NCBI GenBank assembly: GCA_002269645.1
Contig: NIVC01000821.1
Span: 139 to 64,138 of the forward strand
DNA from: Macrostomum lignano
Taxonomy: Eukaryota
DNA length: 64,000 bases
Direction: 5' to 3'
Shown here: positions 38,401 through 50,285 of the stretch, in pieces
How positions within the stretch are numbered: position 1 is the stretch's first letter
How the letters are laid out: each line of letters starts with the position of its first letter
Translations under genes and position numbers: made by a program
The notes under the pieces: model-generated
Database searches by the model: none
What the model was told of the DNA's origin: nothing
The model's input: the letters and a program-made list of their open reading frames with translations, nothing else

Positions 38401-41400
38401 TATATGGAAGTATCACGTATCACGAGACTACGGACTTCAAGCTAGCAGTACACTATATAGGAGCAATTGCATCGAGCGCTGCGATAGAAGTCAGCAGCGC
38501 CAAACTTACTTGGGAAAGTGCGTGATTTCACTGACAACATTCTCCGTGACCAGATGAAGGCCGCGCACTATGAAGACGCTACCAATGCCTTTCCATAGGC
38601 AGGCGATGCCCTGAGGTGCGAGGGAGTAGGAAAACATCAGTGGGATGGCGGGTCAGCTGGCACTGGGGACGGTGGATCAGCTGGCAGTGGGGACGGTGGA
38701 TCAGCTGGCAGTAGGGACGGTGGATCAGCTGGCAGTGGGGACGGTGGATCAGCTGGCACTGGGGACGGTGGATCAGCTGGCACTGGGGACGGTGGATCAG
38801 CTGGCACTGGGGACGGTGGATCAGCTGGCAGTGAGGACGGTGGCAGTGGGGACGATGGATCAGCTGGCACTGGGGACGGTGGATCAGCTGGCACTGGGGA
38901 CGGTGGATCAGCTGGCACTGGGGACGGTGGATCAGCTGGCACTGGGGACGGTGGATCAGCTGGCACTGGGGATGGTGGATCAGCTGGCAGTGAGGACGGT
39001 GGATCAGTGGACGGTGGCAGTGGGGACGGTGGATCAGTGGACGGTGGCAGTGGGGACGATGGATCAGCTGGCAGTGGGGACGGATCAGCTGGCAGTGGGG
39101 ACGGTGGATCAGCTGGCACTGGGGACGGTGGATCAGCTGGCAGTGGGGACGGTGGATCAGCTGGCACTGGGGACGATGGATCAGCTGGCAGTGAGGACGG
39201 TGGATCAGTGGACGGTGGCAGTGGGGACGGTGGATCAGTGGACGGTGGCAGTGGGGACGGGGGATCAGTGGACGGTGGCAGTGGGGACGGAGGATCAGTG
39301 GACGGTGGCAGTGGGGACGATGGATCAGCTGGCACTGGGGACGGTGGATCAGCTGGCACTGGGGACGGTGGATCAGCTGGCAGTGGGGACGGTGGATCAG
39401 CTGGCACTGGGGACGATGGATCAGCTGGCAGTGAGGACGGTGGATCAGTGGACGGTGGCAGTGGGGACGGTGAATGGCCTAGAACTAGAGTTTGAATGCA
39501 CAAACCTGTGTCTTGTGCAGATTGTATATGACAGGTACAAGGCTGAATGGCAACAGGTGGTAGCTCTGGCCATCATTCATCACCTGCAATTTGGATCAGT
39601 ATATGGATGCTGAATGAATTCAACAGATTATGAAGTCTACATAAAAATGACATAAAAAACCAAAAGCACAAATGATGTAGTAGATTTAACTAAACAGGGA
39701 AATCTTACCTGACACTGCCGCCTGAGCACAATACATGGATGAGACAGCAGTGTTTCTGCAACCAGACTAAAATTAGAAATTGGCTCACAATTGATTACAT
39801 TAGTACTGTTCTATTTGAAACAATGAAAGTAAAAACAAACTGAAACAAACCTGGCAAAGCCAACTCCAAGTGAGGCATAGGACTGGTATTGCTCTAAATT
39901 AGGAAAGATAAAAGGTGGAGATAGCTTATTTATTGCTATTTAATAAGATTATAAAAAACTACAATTAAATAAAAAAACATTTCCTATTTGTTGATATTTT
40001 ATCTGTCTATTTCAAGGCTTTTAGTTATAAAAATCTAGTTAAGAGTAATTAATTCACTATAAAACTTATAGCATAAAACATTATAAACAATCTTTGTAAT
40101 AAACCCATGAAATATACTTTGCCAATTACTATAAAAATGATGAAAGTCATACTATTAACATTTCTATTAAAAGAAAATGAAAATATCTAGAAATTACTCA
40201 ACGCTAAGGTTTTTAAAAGATGCATGCTTTCAGCACCTGGCATTTGGCTGCTCTACTTTGCTATTTGGTGCCCCAGTTTATGATGCCTAAAAAAACTAAT
40301 CTAAAAATAATAGAAAAATTCTCTACAACACTTTTATTCACTTAATGAAACTGTTATCCATTTTGTTAAGCTGGCATACTTCTTCCATTTTGGAAAATCC
40401 ATTTCATTAAATTTCATTAGCTGTATTTAAAAATACATAAAGCATGCATGCTAAAAAGACTTGTTAGGTAAAGAAAAATCTATTGACAATGCTGACATAT
40501 AGTTTGAATCAAAATTATGAATGTGAAAAATCTATTTTATTACTTGTTTTTTTCCCAATAGCTAAGTAAAATAAATCAAGATGGATCATATTATCATAAT
40601 ACTTGTCTAAAAATTTTGAATACATTTATGTAATAGTTTGCCATAATATACTTGAACTTTATAGATTGTACAAGGGGTGTTTCAAAAGTAACAAGAATTT
40701 TGATATAACTTTTGATTGGATAAATGAATTTCCACCTAAAAAATTTATACATATGAACAACTAATAGCTTTATTTTAAGCCTAATATAGCTGCACACAAC
40801 TGTATAATTGTAAATGAAAGATCATGCCTCAAAATTTTAAATAACGATTTTTGTCTATGGCAAAAGTAACCAAGTTTGAACATGTTCATCAAGTCAAAAA
40901 TCTGGCACCATTTTTTATTTCTTTAGCAATTTCAGTGAGCTTTACAAAGCTGCCATTTATCTGGATACCCTTCCCACAGTGATGCACCAGTTTTGTTAAT
41001 TTCCTTTTCCCAAAAAACTCCAACATTTTTGCACCATCCATAGTCTCAGTCAGAAAAAATCGAGCCACTTTCACAGAATATTCTGTGGCCACATCAGTCA
41101 GAAATTGCAACTTTAACCAGGAATGCTATGCAGCTCAAAACTGCAAGATTATTCCCAAGCAACTTTCCCCATAGAAAGCAGAAAGAGTGGGCCTTTATGA
41201 GAAGTAGCCAAATTTAGTAGCAGAAGTTTAAAAGCCTTCAAAATTTTAAACTTTTTTGAGTCTTTTTGCCATAGACAAAAATTGTAATCTACAATCTTGA
41301 GGCATAGACTTTCATTTTTGATTACACAGTTGTATGCAGCTATTATAGTATAGCTATAAAATAGTATTATTATTATTATAAAATAGTAATATTATTGTTT

Positions 41401-42927
41401 TAGATTATCAAATCTCTTTATTTTGAATTTTTCTATAGTGTATTAGAAATTAACAAAATTGCCATTAAAATGACATCTAGATAGGCCTAAACAATAGCAA
41501 ATTTATATTTGCTACAGTATATTTAACTATTTATTTAGGCAAATTTTTTGTATCTAGCAAAGAATACCCTAATGAAGATATTTTGTAATTTAAAATAATT
41601 TAAGCATAATTCTTATGATTTGTATTTGGCCTACTACAAAAAATTACATAAGGTGCTCTAAATCTCTATAATTTTTAACCATAGCTACCAGCAACTAAGT
41701 ATGATCTTTAGTTAAAATCTATAACCTATAGCCAGAATTTTCCAACATACACTTGAGTTCTGTGGCGTATAGTATGGCATACACAACTAACGTACAAATT
41801 AATATAAAGAATTTTTTCGTGCATTTTTCTATGTTAAGTTATTTCAAAACCCTTTTTTTCTGCTTTCTGGTCATTTAAAAATCTAAAATGAGCAAATTAG
41901 CAAATCTAAAAATCTAAAAATTAATCATTTTAATTACCAGAATTGTCACAAAAATTGTCATGTCATTATCAAATTTTTGTAATTTAAATTTAAATTTAAA
42001 ATTAAATATTCATCAATTTTTGTACCATTAAACCATTTATAATTATAATGTACTGTTCTGATTCTGACTTCTAGTTATGTTTAATTTCTGTTTTTGTTTT
42101 TGTTGGTGCACATTAAGAAAGTTGGCATTCATGTAAAATTTGTTGGCATACATTTGAAAATTCAATGAAAAAAAGTGTGGTATACACAGAAAACCTTCTG
42201 CAATATGGTCTATAACTAATTTTTTAAATGTAGGCCTGCCTATTACCCCAAACTTTTCCTTTAACCATAGGCATAGACAATTATAATAGAACACTAGTTG
42301 ATGATACAACACAATGATGCAGTTATACATTTCTCTTTAATTTTCTTTAATAAATAATAAGACTAAGTTGCTTATATTGGATTTAGATCCTAAGAAGACA
42401 AAGGCTTTGATTTTTAGCCAAGCAAAACATAAACAATGCTACTTACCTTTGTCAGAAAATGAATCCCAACCAGAAGCAGAACTAGCAGAACCAATATGAG
42501 GATGCACTGTTGTTCCAAGTCCAGTACCAGATATATTTCTATTTCTTGAATGAGGCCTACCAGAGTGGTCCCGTCGTCGATGAATATGACTGCGAGCTGA
42601 TGAGTCCATTAGGTAATCAGGTTCTCGTGTTCCACTTCCTGAATCCCATTCAGCATGCCTTGACCTAGATCCTACTTGTCCTGATTGCCGCAATCCAGAA
42701 TCATATGGAACACCAACACTACTGTGCTGATAAGACGTTGCAGCTGCAAACCTTGCATCAGGCAAGTCACCAGGGTTCATTGTATTGCTTGATTGCGTAA
42801 TACCTTGGGTACTAACAAATGGCTGATACTTTGAAAATCGCGGTTCTGACGAGGACAAACCAAGTGATCGATTGGAAACAGTTGTTTCTCTTTTAAAGTC
42901 AGCTAAAACAAAGCCATTATCATCCAT
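35406..42927 (-). CDS. SLC25A46: Mitochondrial outer-membrane carrier-family protein SLC25A46, complete 7-exon model, 531 aa
   Basis: Exons 42927-42447, 39893-39851, 39766-39709, 39583-39506, 38610-38510, 37275-36900, 35864-35406; all GT-AG, phases consistent, 1596 nt. Peptides [73 protein letters not shown] match recalled human SLC25A46 ([57 protein letters not shown]). Confidence 0.93.
36050..36475. repeat. Same 38-bp minisatellite in the right arm, short homogeneous allele
   Basis: About 11 units, nearly all identical. Confidence 0.97.
37358..38364. repeat. Same 20/21-bp minisatellite in the right arm, longer allele
   Basis: About 48 units, mostly the 21-bp GATACCCTTCCCTTAGCAGGT variant. 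Confidence 0.97.
38641..39472. repeat. Same 24-bp minisatellite in the right arm, longer allele
   Basis: About 830 bp, with extra unit variants (GGATCAGTGGACGGTGGCAG). Confidence 0.95.
40789..41340. mobile_element. Mirror copy of the intron-1 foldback/MITE-like element
   Basis: Same terminal repeats in the right arm. Confidence 0.65.
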
Positions 42928-43333
42928 GAAAAAATTGAAAGGTAATGTTAAACAACATCCATAGAGGAAATCACAGTAACAAAATCAATTGATGATAGTT
43001 CTATAATGAGAAGGCATAAAATATGCGTACAAAAGTTGGCCTAACATCGATCATCGATCGTCAATGGTGGGAATAACTACTGTAAGTAAAATAGATGAAT
43101 TTGGGCAAGTTCTATGAATTTGGACTTTTAAAATCCGTAATAGTTTATAAACAAGTGGCAAATGCGTAATTTTACATTTACGAAAAAGCAGAACCAGTCT
43201 TTAAACTCAATAGGAAAAATGTTAAATTTTTCTCCTCTGCGCTTAATTGATGATCACCGTACAGGACTTTATGATTGATTTGATCGATTTAGGAAAATTT
43301 GATTTACCGATTTTGGCATGGCATTACGTTAAT

Positions 43334-43593
43334 GGGCCTTTTCATATTGCTTGCTCTGGTTCCAGAACCAGAACCAATTTGTGAAGTATAACTTTTTGTC
43401 TCCATAACTAGAGGGAGATACGTGCTATAAAGTTTTTATTATTGAATAAAAAAAACCAAGAAGAAAGTGAAAAATTGTGCTAAGTTAGGTTGTTAAGGCA
43501 GTCAAATGTTAACAGAGTTTAATAGTTATACTGCTGTTTTTCTTGGAATTCCGAACCGATTCTGGTTCTGGAATTGGTAATATGAAAAGGCCC
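43334..43593. mobile_element. 260-bp MITE with 15-bp TIRs and 3-bp TSD (PIF/Harbinger-like)
   Basis: GGGCCTTTTCATATT (43334-43348) and AATATGAAAAGGCCC (43579-43593); inner TTCCAGAACCAGAA is also mirrored; AAT on both flanks. Superfamily is inferred only from the GGG start and 3-bp TSD. Confidence 0.75.
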
Positions 43594-44622
43594 AATTAAA
43601 TCGATTTGAAACTTGCAGCAATTGAAAGCTGTTTGTGACTTTGTAATTTGTAACTTTTTAATTTGCAAAAAAATTTACCTATAACTTTTTTGCAAGGACC
43701 ACTTAATGGTCACATTACGCAATATTGCGCAGTATTAATCCCCCATCGTGTCGCCTACGTACGTGTTTTATGCAGAAAACACAAATTTTTGGACAAAAAT
43801 AGGAACTTGCTCGCATCACGTTGCCATCATTAAATCCAGCGGTTATAATTAAAAAAATTTGGTTGACGAATTGCGCCAGCTGACGAAATCGCAGTTTACC
43901 TCAATGTCTTTTGCAATCATCGTTCTTTTTTACATTCTGCAATTGAAGTTTTACCTTAATAGAATAAAAAATCTTTGCATTTTTTTAGTGTCTGTTTGTT
44001 TAAAATGGAACAGCTTAACTGCATCGCATTTCGATTTGGTTTCCCAGAATCCGGCGTAATTTTAAATTGTAAGTTGTCATTTTTTTCGCTGAAATAGTCA
44101 GCACCCTTCCAGGCTTCTAGTAGGACGTCACTGCTACCACTGACTATTAATACTTAAACGTATTAAAAATTACTTAAAATGTTTTACTTTGTAAGTATTT
44201 CAATAAATTTTATTGTTTGATATATGATTATCATTATCAGTATGATTTAGTATCACTATTAGTACTATTAGTATTAGTAATCTGTTTTTAAGGCTTGTTA
44301 AGTCGAGGCTAAAGGTTAACTTAAGTTGCTTTTTATGTATTTATGTATTTTGTTTCAGTTGCTATCATATTTAAGATAGTAAGAAGATAATGAAGAAAAA
44401 ATTATGATAGTAACAACTAATATTGATTTTCCAATCAAATATGTTTAACATATAGCCAACTTAGCCACCATAATCTAGATCATGGCACCAGAATCTGGTG
44501 TACACCAGAATAAAAAATCATGTTTTTTCAATTCAATGCCAATGTAAAATTAAAAAAAAATTATGCCAAGTCCAGAGTTGCCACAGTCACCGATCATGCT
44601 AGGTGCACGCAGCATACCTAAG

Positions 44623-45084
44623 CCATAGTCAGGAAGGTGGCACAGTGTGTGCCGGAATAATTTTTTGGGACAATTTGTGCGCTGTCTATGTGCCATTTGT
44701 GCGCCATCTGTGCGCCACTCTTCACAAGTAGAGTTTTCTAAGAAAGGCCTTCGTATGAAAAACCTTTTTAAAATGTTTTGCAAAATTGATGTTTTTAGCA
44801 ATAATTTATACTAATTTTATTTACTGTTAATTTTAAAGAAGCAAAAAGTTTATCACTGACTTTTTAGACTATACAAATCTCTTTTATTTTACATAAAATT
44901 GTTAATTTGCTTTACAATTTTCATGCATGTCAGGGACCTTATGCGCCGCAATTATGCGCCGCATGCACTAGGGACATCAGTGTGCGCCATGATTGTGTGC
45001 CAAGGACCCCTTATGTGTGCCGCGCTTATGCGCCAATGTGTGCGCGGGAATTTTCCCCCTTAGAGGCCACCTTCCTGACTATGG
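44623..45084. mobile_element. 462-bp non-autonomous DNA transposon with 19-bp TIRs and 8-bp TSD (hAT/P/MULE-type TSD length)
   Basis: CCATAGTCAGGAAGGTGGC / GCCACCTTCCTGACTATGG perfect TIRs; flanks TACCTAAG / TGCCTAAG (7/8); many TGTGCGCC/TATGCGCC subterminal motifs at both ends. Confidence 0.85.
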
Positions 45085-45419
45085 TGCCTAAGCAATAGTT
45101 TCAATAGTTTCAAATGCACGCCAAAAAAATTAAGTGCATGCCCATTCTTAAAACTCCACCAGTGTTGCAACAATAAATGACCTTTTTTATTGCATAATAG
45201 ACCCTTTTGACAAATAATTTGGTTAATTTTTCTACTTTTTTTTACAATACTATTTATAATTATAGTAAAAAACTAGCAATCTTCACCCCCCCCTCCCGGT
45301 TGGGGGAAATCTGGATAGAATCTCTGTTCTTTATAAGTAACAAAAAGACAGCCAAATAAAGCCTTCACAAAGATGACAAACAAACTGCTCAAATAAAGTG
45401 TAATGCAAAAAGAAATCAT

Positions 45420-45622
45420 CCCAAGACAGTAAGCATCCCTTAGATAGTAAGCATCCCCTAGATTGCAAGCATCCCCTAGATAGCAAGCATCCCCCAGATA
45501 GCAAGCATCCCCCAGATAGCAAGCATCCCCCAAATAGCAAGCATTCCCTAGATAGGAAGCATCCCCCCTTTCGGATAGCAAGCATCCCCTAGATAGCAAG
45601 CATCCCCAAATAGTAAGCATCT
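45420..45622. repeat. 18-bp minisatellite TAGCAAGCATCCCCCAGA
   Basis: About 10 degenerate units. Confidence 0.9.
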
Positions 45623-45726
45623 ACCAAACAATAAGTAGCTAATGCAACAATTTCCTTAGCTCTATAGTGGCTCCTTTAAAATTGGCATGACACTTACTTT
45701 TACGTTTGAAATTGTGTATCTTTTAT

Positions 45727-47461
45727 TGTTTGACATGGTGGCTCTTTAATGTTTGACATGGTGGCTCTTTTATGTTCTACATGGTGGCTCTCTTATGTTT
45801 GATTCGGGTTTTTTTAATGTCTGACATGGTGTCTCTTTAATGTTTGACATAGTGGCTCTTTAATGTTTGACATGGTGGTTCTTTTATATTCGACATGGTG
45901 GCTCTTTTATGCTTGACATGGTGGCTCTTTACTGTTTGACATGGAGTCACATATGTCCCAGGGCTCTTAATTATTCTTTTGCTAGCCTTACTAGCTGCCA
46001 CCAAGCTGTTGCAGGGGTTATTCCTTTTTGTTAATATTGCTGGTTATTACTTGACCTTTACTCGTAGTGCATGTACTTCTATTGGTAGCGTATGTACTTT
46101 TATTGGTAGCGTCTGTACTTCTATTGGTAGCGTATGTACTTTTATTGGTAGCGTCTGTACTTTTATTGGTAGCGTATGTACTTTTATTGGTAGTGTATAT
46201 ACTTTTATTGGTAGCGTATGTACTTTTATTGGTAGCGTATGTACTTTTATTGTACTTTCGGGCCTGAGCGGTCTTCTGGCACTAATCCTCTAACTCTATG
46301 TATCCCCAATTCACTCCTCTAGGAGGGTTTCTCTCAGTCCGGGCATTGCCGGGATCAGAGGGTCACAGCACACTTTGCTGGGTATTTGGCCCTGAGGCGG
46401 GTTTCTCAGACTCTAAGCCTGGATTTCTCTACCCCGTGATAGGATTTCTGCCTTCTATAGGCGGGTTACTAGACTCCTAAGTCTAGGGTTTCTCAGATCC
46501 TAGATCTGGTTATCTCGTCCTCTGAGAACAGATTGTACTCCCAACCTTGGGGCAATTCCTATACTAGTATCTACTACTAAAAATGAGTAATACTGGAACA
46601 ATTCTTAAACTCAGTCTGAATTTGTCTGGTTAAGCTTGTAATATTCAAGCGCGAGCTCAAAGCAGAGCAAAGAGTTTATTATTCTTAGCCTCTAGTGGGC
46701 TTCCTTTTATAGCAAAAATTTTAGAATGTTTTAAAACAAACTATAATATTCGTAATATGCAAAATATACAATATATAAAAAATATTCAACATATTTGTAC
46801 AGTAAAACAATAGTTATGTTTTCAAAATACAATTTTCCTAGAAACTAATAAAATGCGGCCTATTACACATATATGTTTGACATGGTGGCTCTTTACTGTT
46901 TGACATGGAGTCACATATATGTTTGACATGGTGGCTCTTTAATGTTAGACATGATGGCTCTTTAATGTTCTTCATGGTGGCTCTTTTATGTTTGACATGG
47001 AGTCACAAATATACTTGACATGGTGACTCATTAATGTTTGACATGGTGGCTCTATAATGTTAGACATGGTGGCTCTTTAATGTTCGACATGGTGGCTCTT
47101 TAATGTTAGACATGGTGGCTCTTTAATGTTAGACATGGTGGCTCTTTAATGTTCGACATGGTGGCTCTTTAATGTTTGACATTGCAGCTCTTTAATGTTT
47201 GACATGGTGGCTCTTTTATGTTTGACATGGTGGCTCTTTTATGTTTGACATGGTGGCTCTTTTATGTTTGACATGGTGGCTCTTTTATGTTTGACATGGT
47301 GGTTCTTTTATGTTCGACATGGTGGCTCTTTTATGCTTGACATGGTGGCTCTTTACTGTTTGACATGGAGTCACATATATGTTTGACATGGTGACTCTTT
47401 TATGTTTTACATGGTGGCTCTTTAATGTTTGACATGGTGGCTCTTTAATGTTTGACATTGT
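45727..47461. repeat. 23-bp satellite A, TGTTTGACATGGTGGCTCTTTAA, split by the solo LTR
   Basis: Tandem units at 45727-45953 and 46868-47461; period 23. Confidence 0.95.
45954..46867 (-). mobile_element. 914-bp solo LTR (Gypsy-like, 4-bp TSD)
   Basis: TGT...ACA termini and CATA duplicated on both flanks; an empty site GAGTCACATATATGTTT is present in other units of the same array. Minus-strand TATAAAA (46705-46711) is followed by AATAAA (46675-46680). Internal 21-bp repeat at 46063-46251. Confidence 0.85.
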
Positions 47462-47504
47462 GCATTTTTGTGTTTAGCATTTTGTGTTTTTAAGGTTTTT
47501 GAAT

Positions 47505-47581
47505 AAAAAAATCTTCTTGCACTACTAAGATTCGAACCCAGGTTGCTGCATTAGCAGTCCAGTCTGTTTGCATCTATGCTA
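47505..47581 (-). other. tRNA-Ser(GCT)-derived module with A-box-like motif, B box and T7 terminator (not a functional tRNA)
   Basis: Minus strand TAGCATAGATG...CTGGACTGCTAATGCAG...CTGGGTTCGAATCTTAG, then T7. Confidence 0.7.
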
Positions 47582-47589
47582 TCTCTTGT

Positions 47590-48383
47590 CAATTGGCTCA
47601 TTCCATATAAGCATGGTCGTAACATGACAGGTTATTTTTACTTATAAAATGAAATCTAATAATAGAATATACTAAACCAATATTTTAAATGAAAGATTAT
47701 TTTGTCTAGAATATATTTATAGAGTTTCATATAGATATCATCATTAGTATAGATGCTATTAAACCTTAAATGACACTTATGGTCGTAACGACAGGATTTT
47801 TGACATATAGAAACTAAAAGGTAAAAGTCTTATAACATTTTTCATTTTTGATATTTTGCAATGCATTTTTAAAATTTGACTAAGAACATCTTTAGAAATC
47901 ATACTCTTTTATTAGAATATATAAACTCAAAAGGCAACAAAGATACAAAAGAAAAGGCAGCCTTATGGTCGTAACATTATGGTCGTAACATATTTTTTCT
48001 GTCAATTCAGTAACTTTGAGGTACTAATACATTAAAAATATAATAGATTATTTGGTCACCAATGCTTTTATCTGATGATGCAAGTACTATACTTTTATCT
48101 ATAGTTTGTTTCAACCTTCAAAAGCTTTCTATTTGTTTTTAAAAGGTACAAAATCTTAATGATGTCTTTTGCTTCGAAAAATGTCCAAATTTTTACAAAA
48201 ATGACTTTTTACCAATTGATAACATACTAATCCAACATTTTACCATTCCTTTATTCTTAGATTGTATATATTGCACAATATAAACATTTGGTAAAAAATA
48301 GGCTAATTAGGCAATGGCAAGCAAAAATATTGACTTTTTTCTATTTTCCAAATATGTCCATCTTATATGGAATGAGCCAATTG
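47590..48383. mobile_element. ~790-bp MITE nested in Helitron-like copy L
   Basis: Perfect 22-bp inverted pair CAATTGGCTCATTCCATATAAG / CTTATATGGAATGAGCCAATTG, including a palindromic AATT or CAATTG that is probably the TSD; internal ATGGTCGTAAC repeats. Removing it restores alignment to the uninterrupted copy at 50130-50190. Confidence 0.8.
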
Positions 48384-49134
48384 GAGAACTTGAATTGTGG
48401 CCCTTATAATTAAATTCTTATAGCAAATCAGTTAGAGTTATGACATAATCAATTTCTTAGTCAGCTAGTATCAGTGTCAATTTAAGTTACAAGCTCGTAG
48501 CAATATTGTTACGCAATTTAAATCAAGTTTTGTGTGCATTTCTTTGGCACTGTTTTCAACTGTTTGTGATGTAATCCTTATCACAATTGGAATTCAGTCA
48601 GTTAGTTTTTTTCTCTAGTATTCTTACAATGCATTTCAGGTCAAAAGAGCTGCTTGACCTTTGCAAAAAAGATGTTTTTCGAATATTTAATCCCTTTAAC
48701 ATTGAGCAATTTCTTAGCCAAGATGCATGTACTGTCCCAGGAAAATTTCTGATCGAATGGTGCAAGTTTGAAGATAATCGGTTGAGCCATTTTTTCTGAA
48801 ATCTATTGCATACCTACCCACATACAGACAACTCATTTTTAGTATATAGGATTGATACACACAAAGATTTGTTTAAATGCCTTATTACAGGCTTAAAAAC
48901 CTGTAAAGTGATAAAATTTACACTTAAAAATTTACTTTTTTTTCTTCTTCTCAATAACTCTTCTGTGTGATTCTTTAAAGTGCATGCTAGATGTATTTTC
49001 TCTAGAATGATGCATGCCAACTGTGTATGCCTATTTCTGGCATGCAAGGCCAATGCATGCTTAAATTTTATGGCATATACTACATGATCTGGAATGTGGT
49101 AGAGTTGCTGGTATACTATTTTTTAAGGAATATA

Positions 49135-49671
49135 TCTCTACCTATAAAAATCAAAACTCTGTCTGTCTGTCTGTCTGTCTGTGGACAAATTACTTCGCTA
49201 TGGACTCCCAAACCGCCCGACCGAATGCCACCAAATTTTGCACCCGCCCTAAACTCACTACGTAGAATGTCTTAGGCTACCTTAAAATTTCCTAACTTTG
49301 AGTCTTCCTACCTAAAAGTGCAAAAAACTGCTCAAAACGCGCGATTTTTTTACTAAATCCTCCATAGCGCCGCTCTACTTCTACTGATCCTCTTCAAATT
49401 TGACACAGACAATCTTTAACTATTTTGGCACAATCATGTAAAATTTCGAGTCTCAAAGTTAATCCTGAGCGGTGCTGTGCACTTTTAAAGTTAGGCTGTT
49501 TTTTTCAGCGTAGCAACCACCCCAACCTCTGCCCGCCTGCCTCTCTTTCCCGATACCAATCTGGGCCCAGATGTGTAAAAGGGTTTCAAAATTGACTAAC
49601 TTTCAGCTGCCATAAGTTTTCTCCACGTAAAGCGATTGACTTCAAACTTGACACAATTCTTCATTGACCCA
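49135..49671 (+). mobile_element. Third Helitron-like 5' segment with (CTGT)n microsatellite, truncated
   Basis: A|TCTCTACCTATAAAAATCAAAACT(CTGT)n, then CCCGACCGAATGCCACCAAATTTTGCAC and repeated AAATTTG.CAC modules, typical of non-autonomous Helitrons. Confidence 0.55.
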
Positions 49672-50285
49672 TCCTATATATATGTACTAAAAATGAAAAT
49701 CTTGCTTGCTTGCTTGTAATCGGTTAGAGAAAAAATGGCTTAACCGATTTTCATGAGACTTGCACTGTTTGATCAGAAATTTTCCCCTGACGGTACATGC
49801 ATCTTGGCTAAGAAATTGCTCCATGTTAAAGCGATTAAATATTCGAAAAACATGCTTTTTTGCAAAGGTCAAGCAAACTTTTCGACTTGAAATGCATTGT
49901 AAGAATGCTAAGAGAAAAATTGACTGGTTGAATCTGATTCTGAAATAGATTGCATCATAACTGAATTGTAACTCCAACTTGAATTGCGTCATAGTATTGA
50001 AAATGCAGTGTGGAAGCGTAGCACCAGACTTGATTTAGATTGCATAACCATATTCTCAACTTTAATTGAGACTGATGCTGACTTGCCTGGGAAATTGATT
50101 ATGTCATAACTGCTTTGTGAGTGAGTGTTGAATTATATAAGTGCTACAATTTCATTTATAATTCAATAAGATCTAGCCTAGAAGTGAACAGACTGGACTG
50201 CTAATGCAGTGACCTGGGTTCGAATCTTAGTAGTGAAAATTTTTTTATTAAAAGCTTTTATTAAAAAAACAATAAAGGACTAAAG
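49672..50285 (+). mobile_element. Non-autonomous Helitron-like element (copy R), 5' part; runs into satellite B, 3' end beyond the window
   Basis: A|TCCTATATATATGTACTAAAAATGAAAAT(CTTG)n...GGCTTAACCGATTTTCATGAGACTTGCAC; a diverged inverted homologue of 48400-48851. Confidence 0.6.
50174..50246 (+). other. tRNA-Ser(GCT)-derived module with A-box-like motif, B box and T7 terminator, second copy
   Basis: TAGCCTAGAAG (A-box-like), CTGGA-CTGCTAA-TGCAG anticodon arm, CTGGG-TTCGAAT-CTTAG T arm, T7 at 50240-50246. Confidence 0.7.

Larger units (their letters stand above)
21796..41778 (-). repeat. Right arm of the ~20 kb inverted duplication
   Basis: Begins ATCACTGACTTGCGC, the reverse complement of the left end at 21254. 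Ends at TGTGGCGTATAGTATGGC (41761-41778), which matches left 1104-1121 at 16/18. Confidence 0.97.
45635..48851 (-). mobile_element. Non-autonomous Helitron-like element (copy L) containing a tRNA-like module and 23-bp satellite A, interrupted by a solo LTR and a MITE
   Basis: 5' end A|TCCTATATACTAAAAATGAG followed by a TGTATGT-type tract and GGCTCAACCGATT..AAACTTGCAC, as in Lep1/HINE-type non-autonomous Helitrons. Candidate 3' end: hairpin AGCTAA-13nt-TTAGCT whose 3' arm runs into CTAC|T (canonical CTRR|T, one mismatch). Homologous to 49672 onward. Confidence 0.6.

Noticed and set aside
42043-42330. 95-aa ORF in AT-rich DNA (also 442..705, 2136..2348, 40889..41110, 48587..48799, 49687..49992)
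   Set aside because: Intronic or TE-internal, AT-rich, no recognisable homology; the mirrored 48.6/49.8 kb pair reflects the two Helitron-like copies.
50174-50235. Functional tRNA-Ser(GCT) genes here and at 47520-47581
   Set aside because: No acceptor stem or long variable arm, a mismatch in the anticodon stem, and both lie inside repeats; kept only as tRNA-derived modules.
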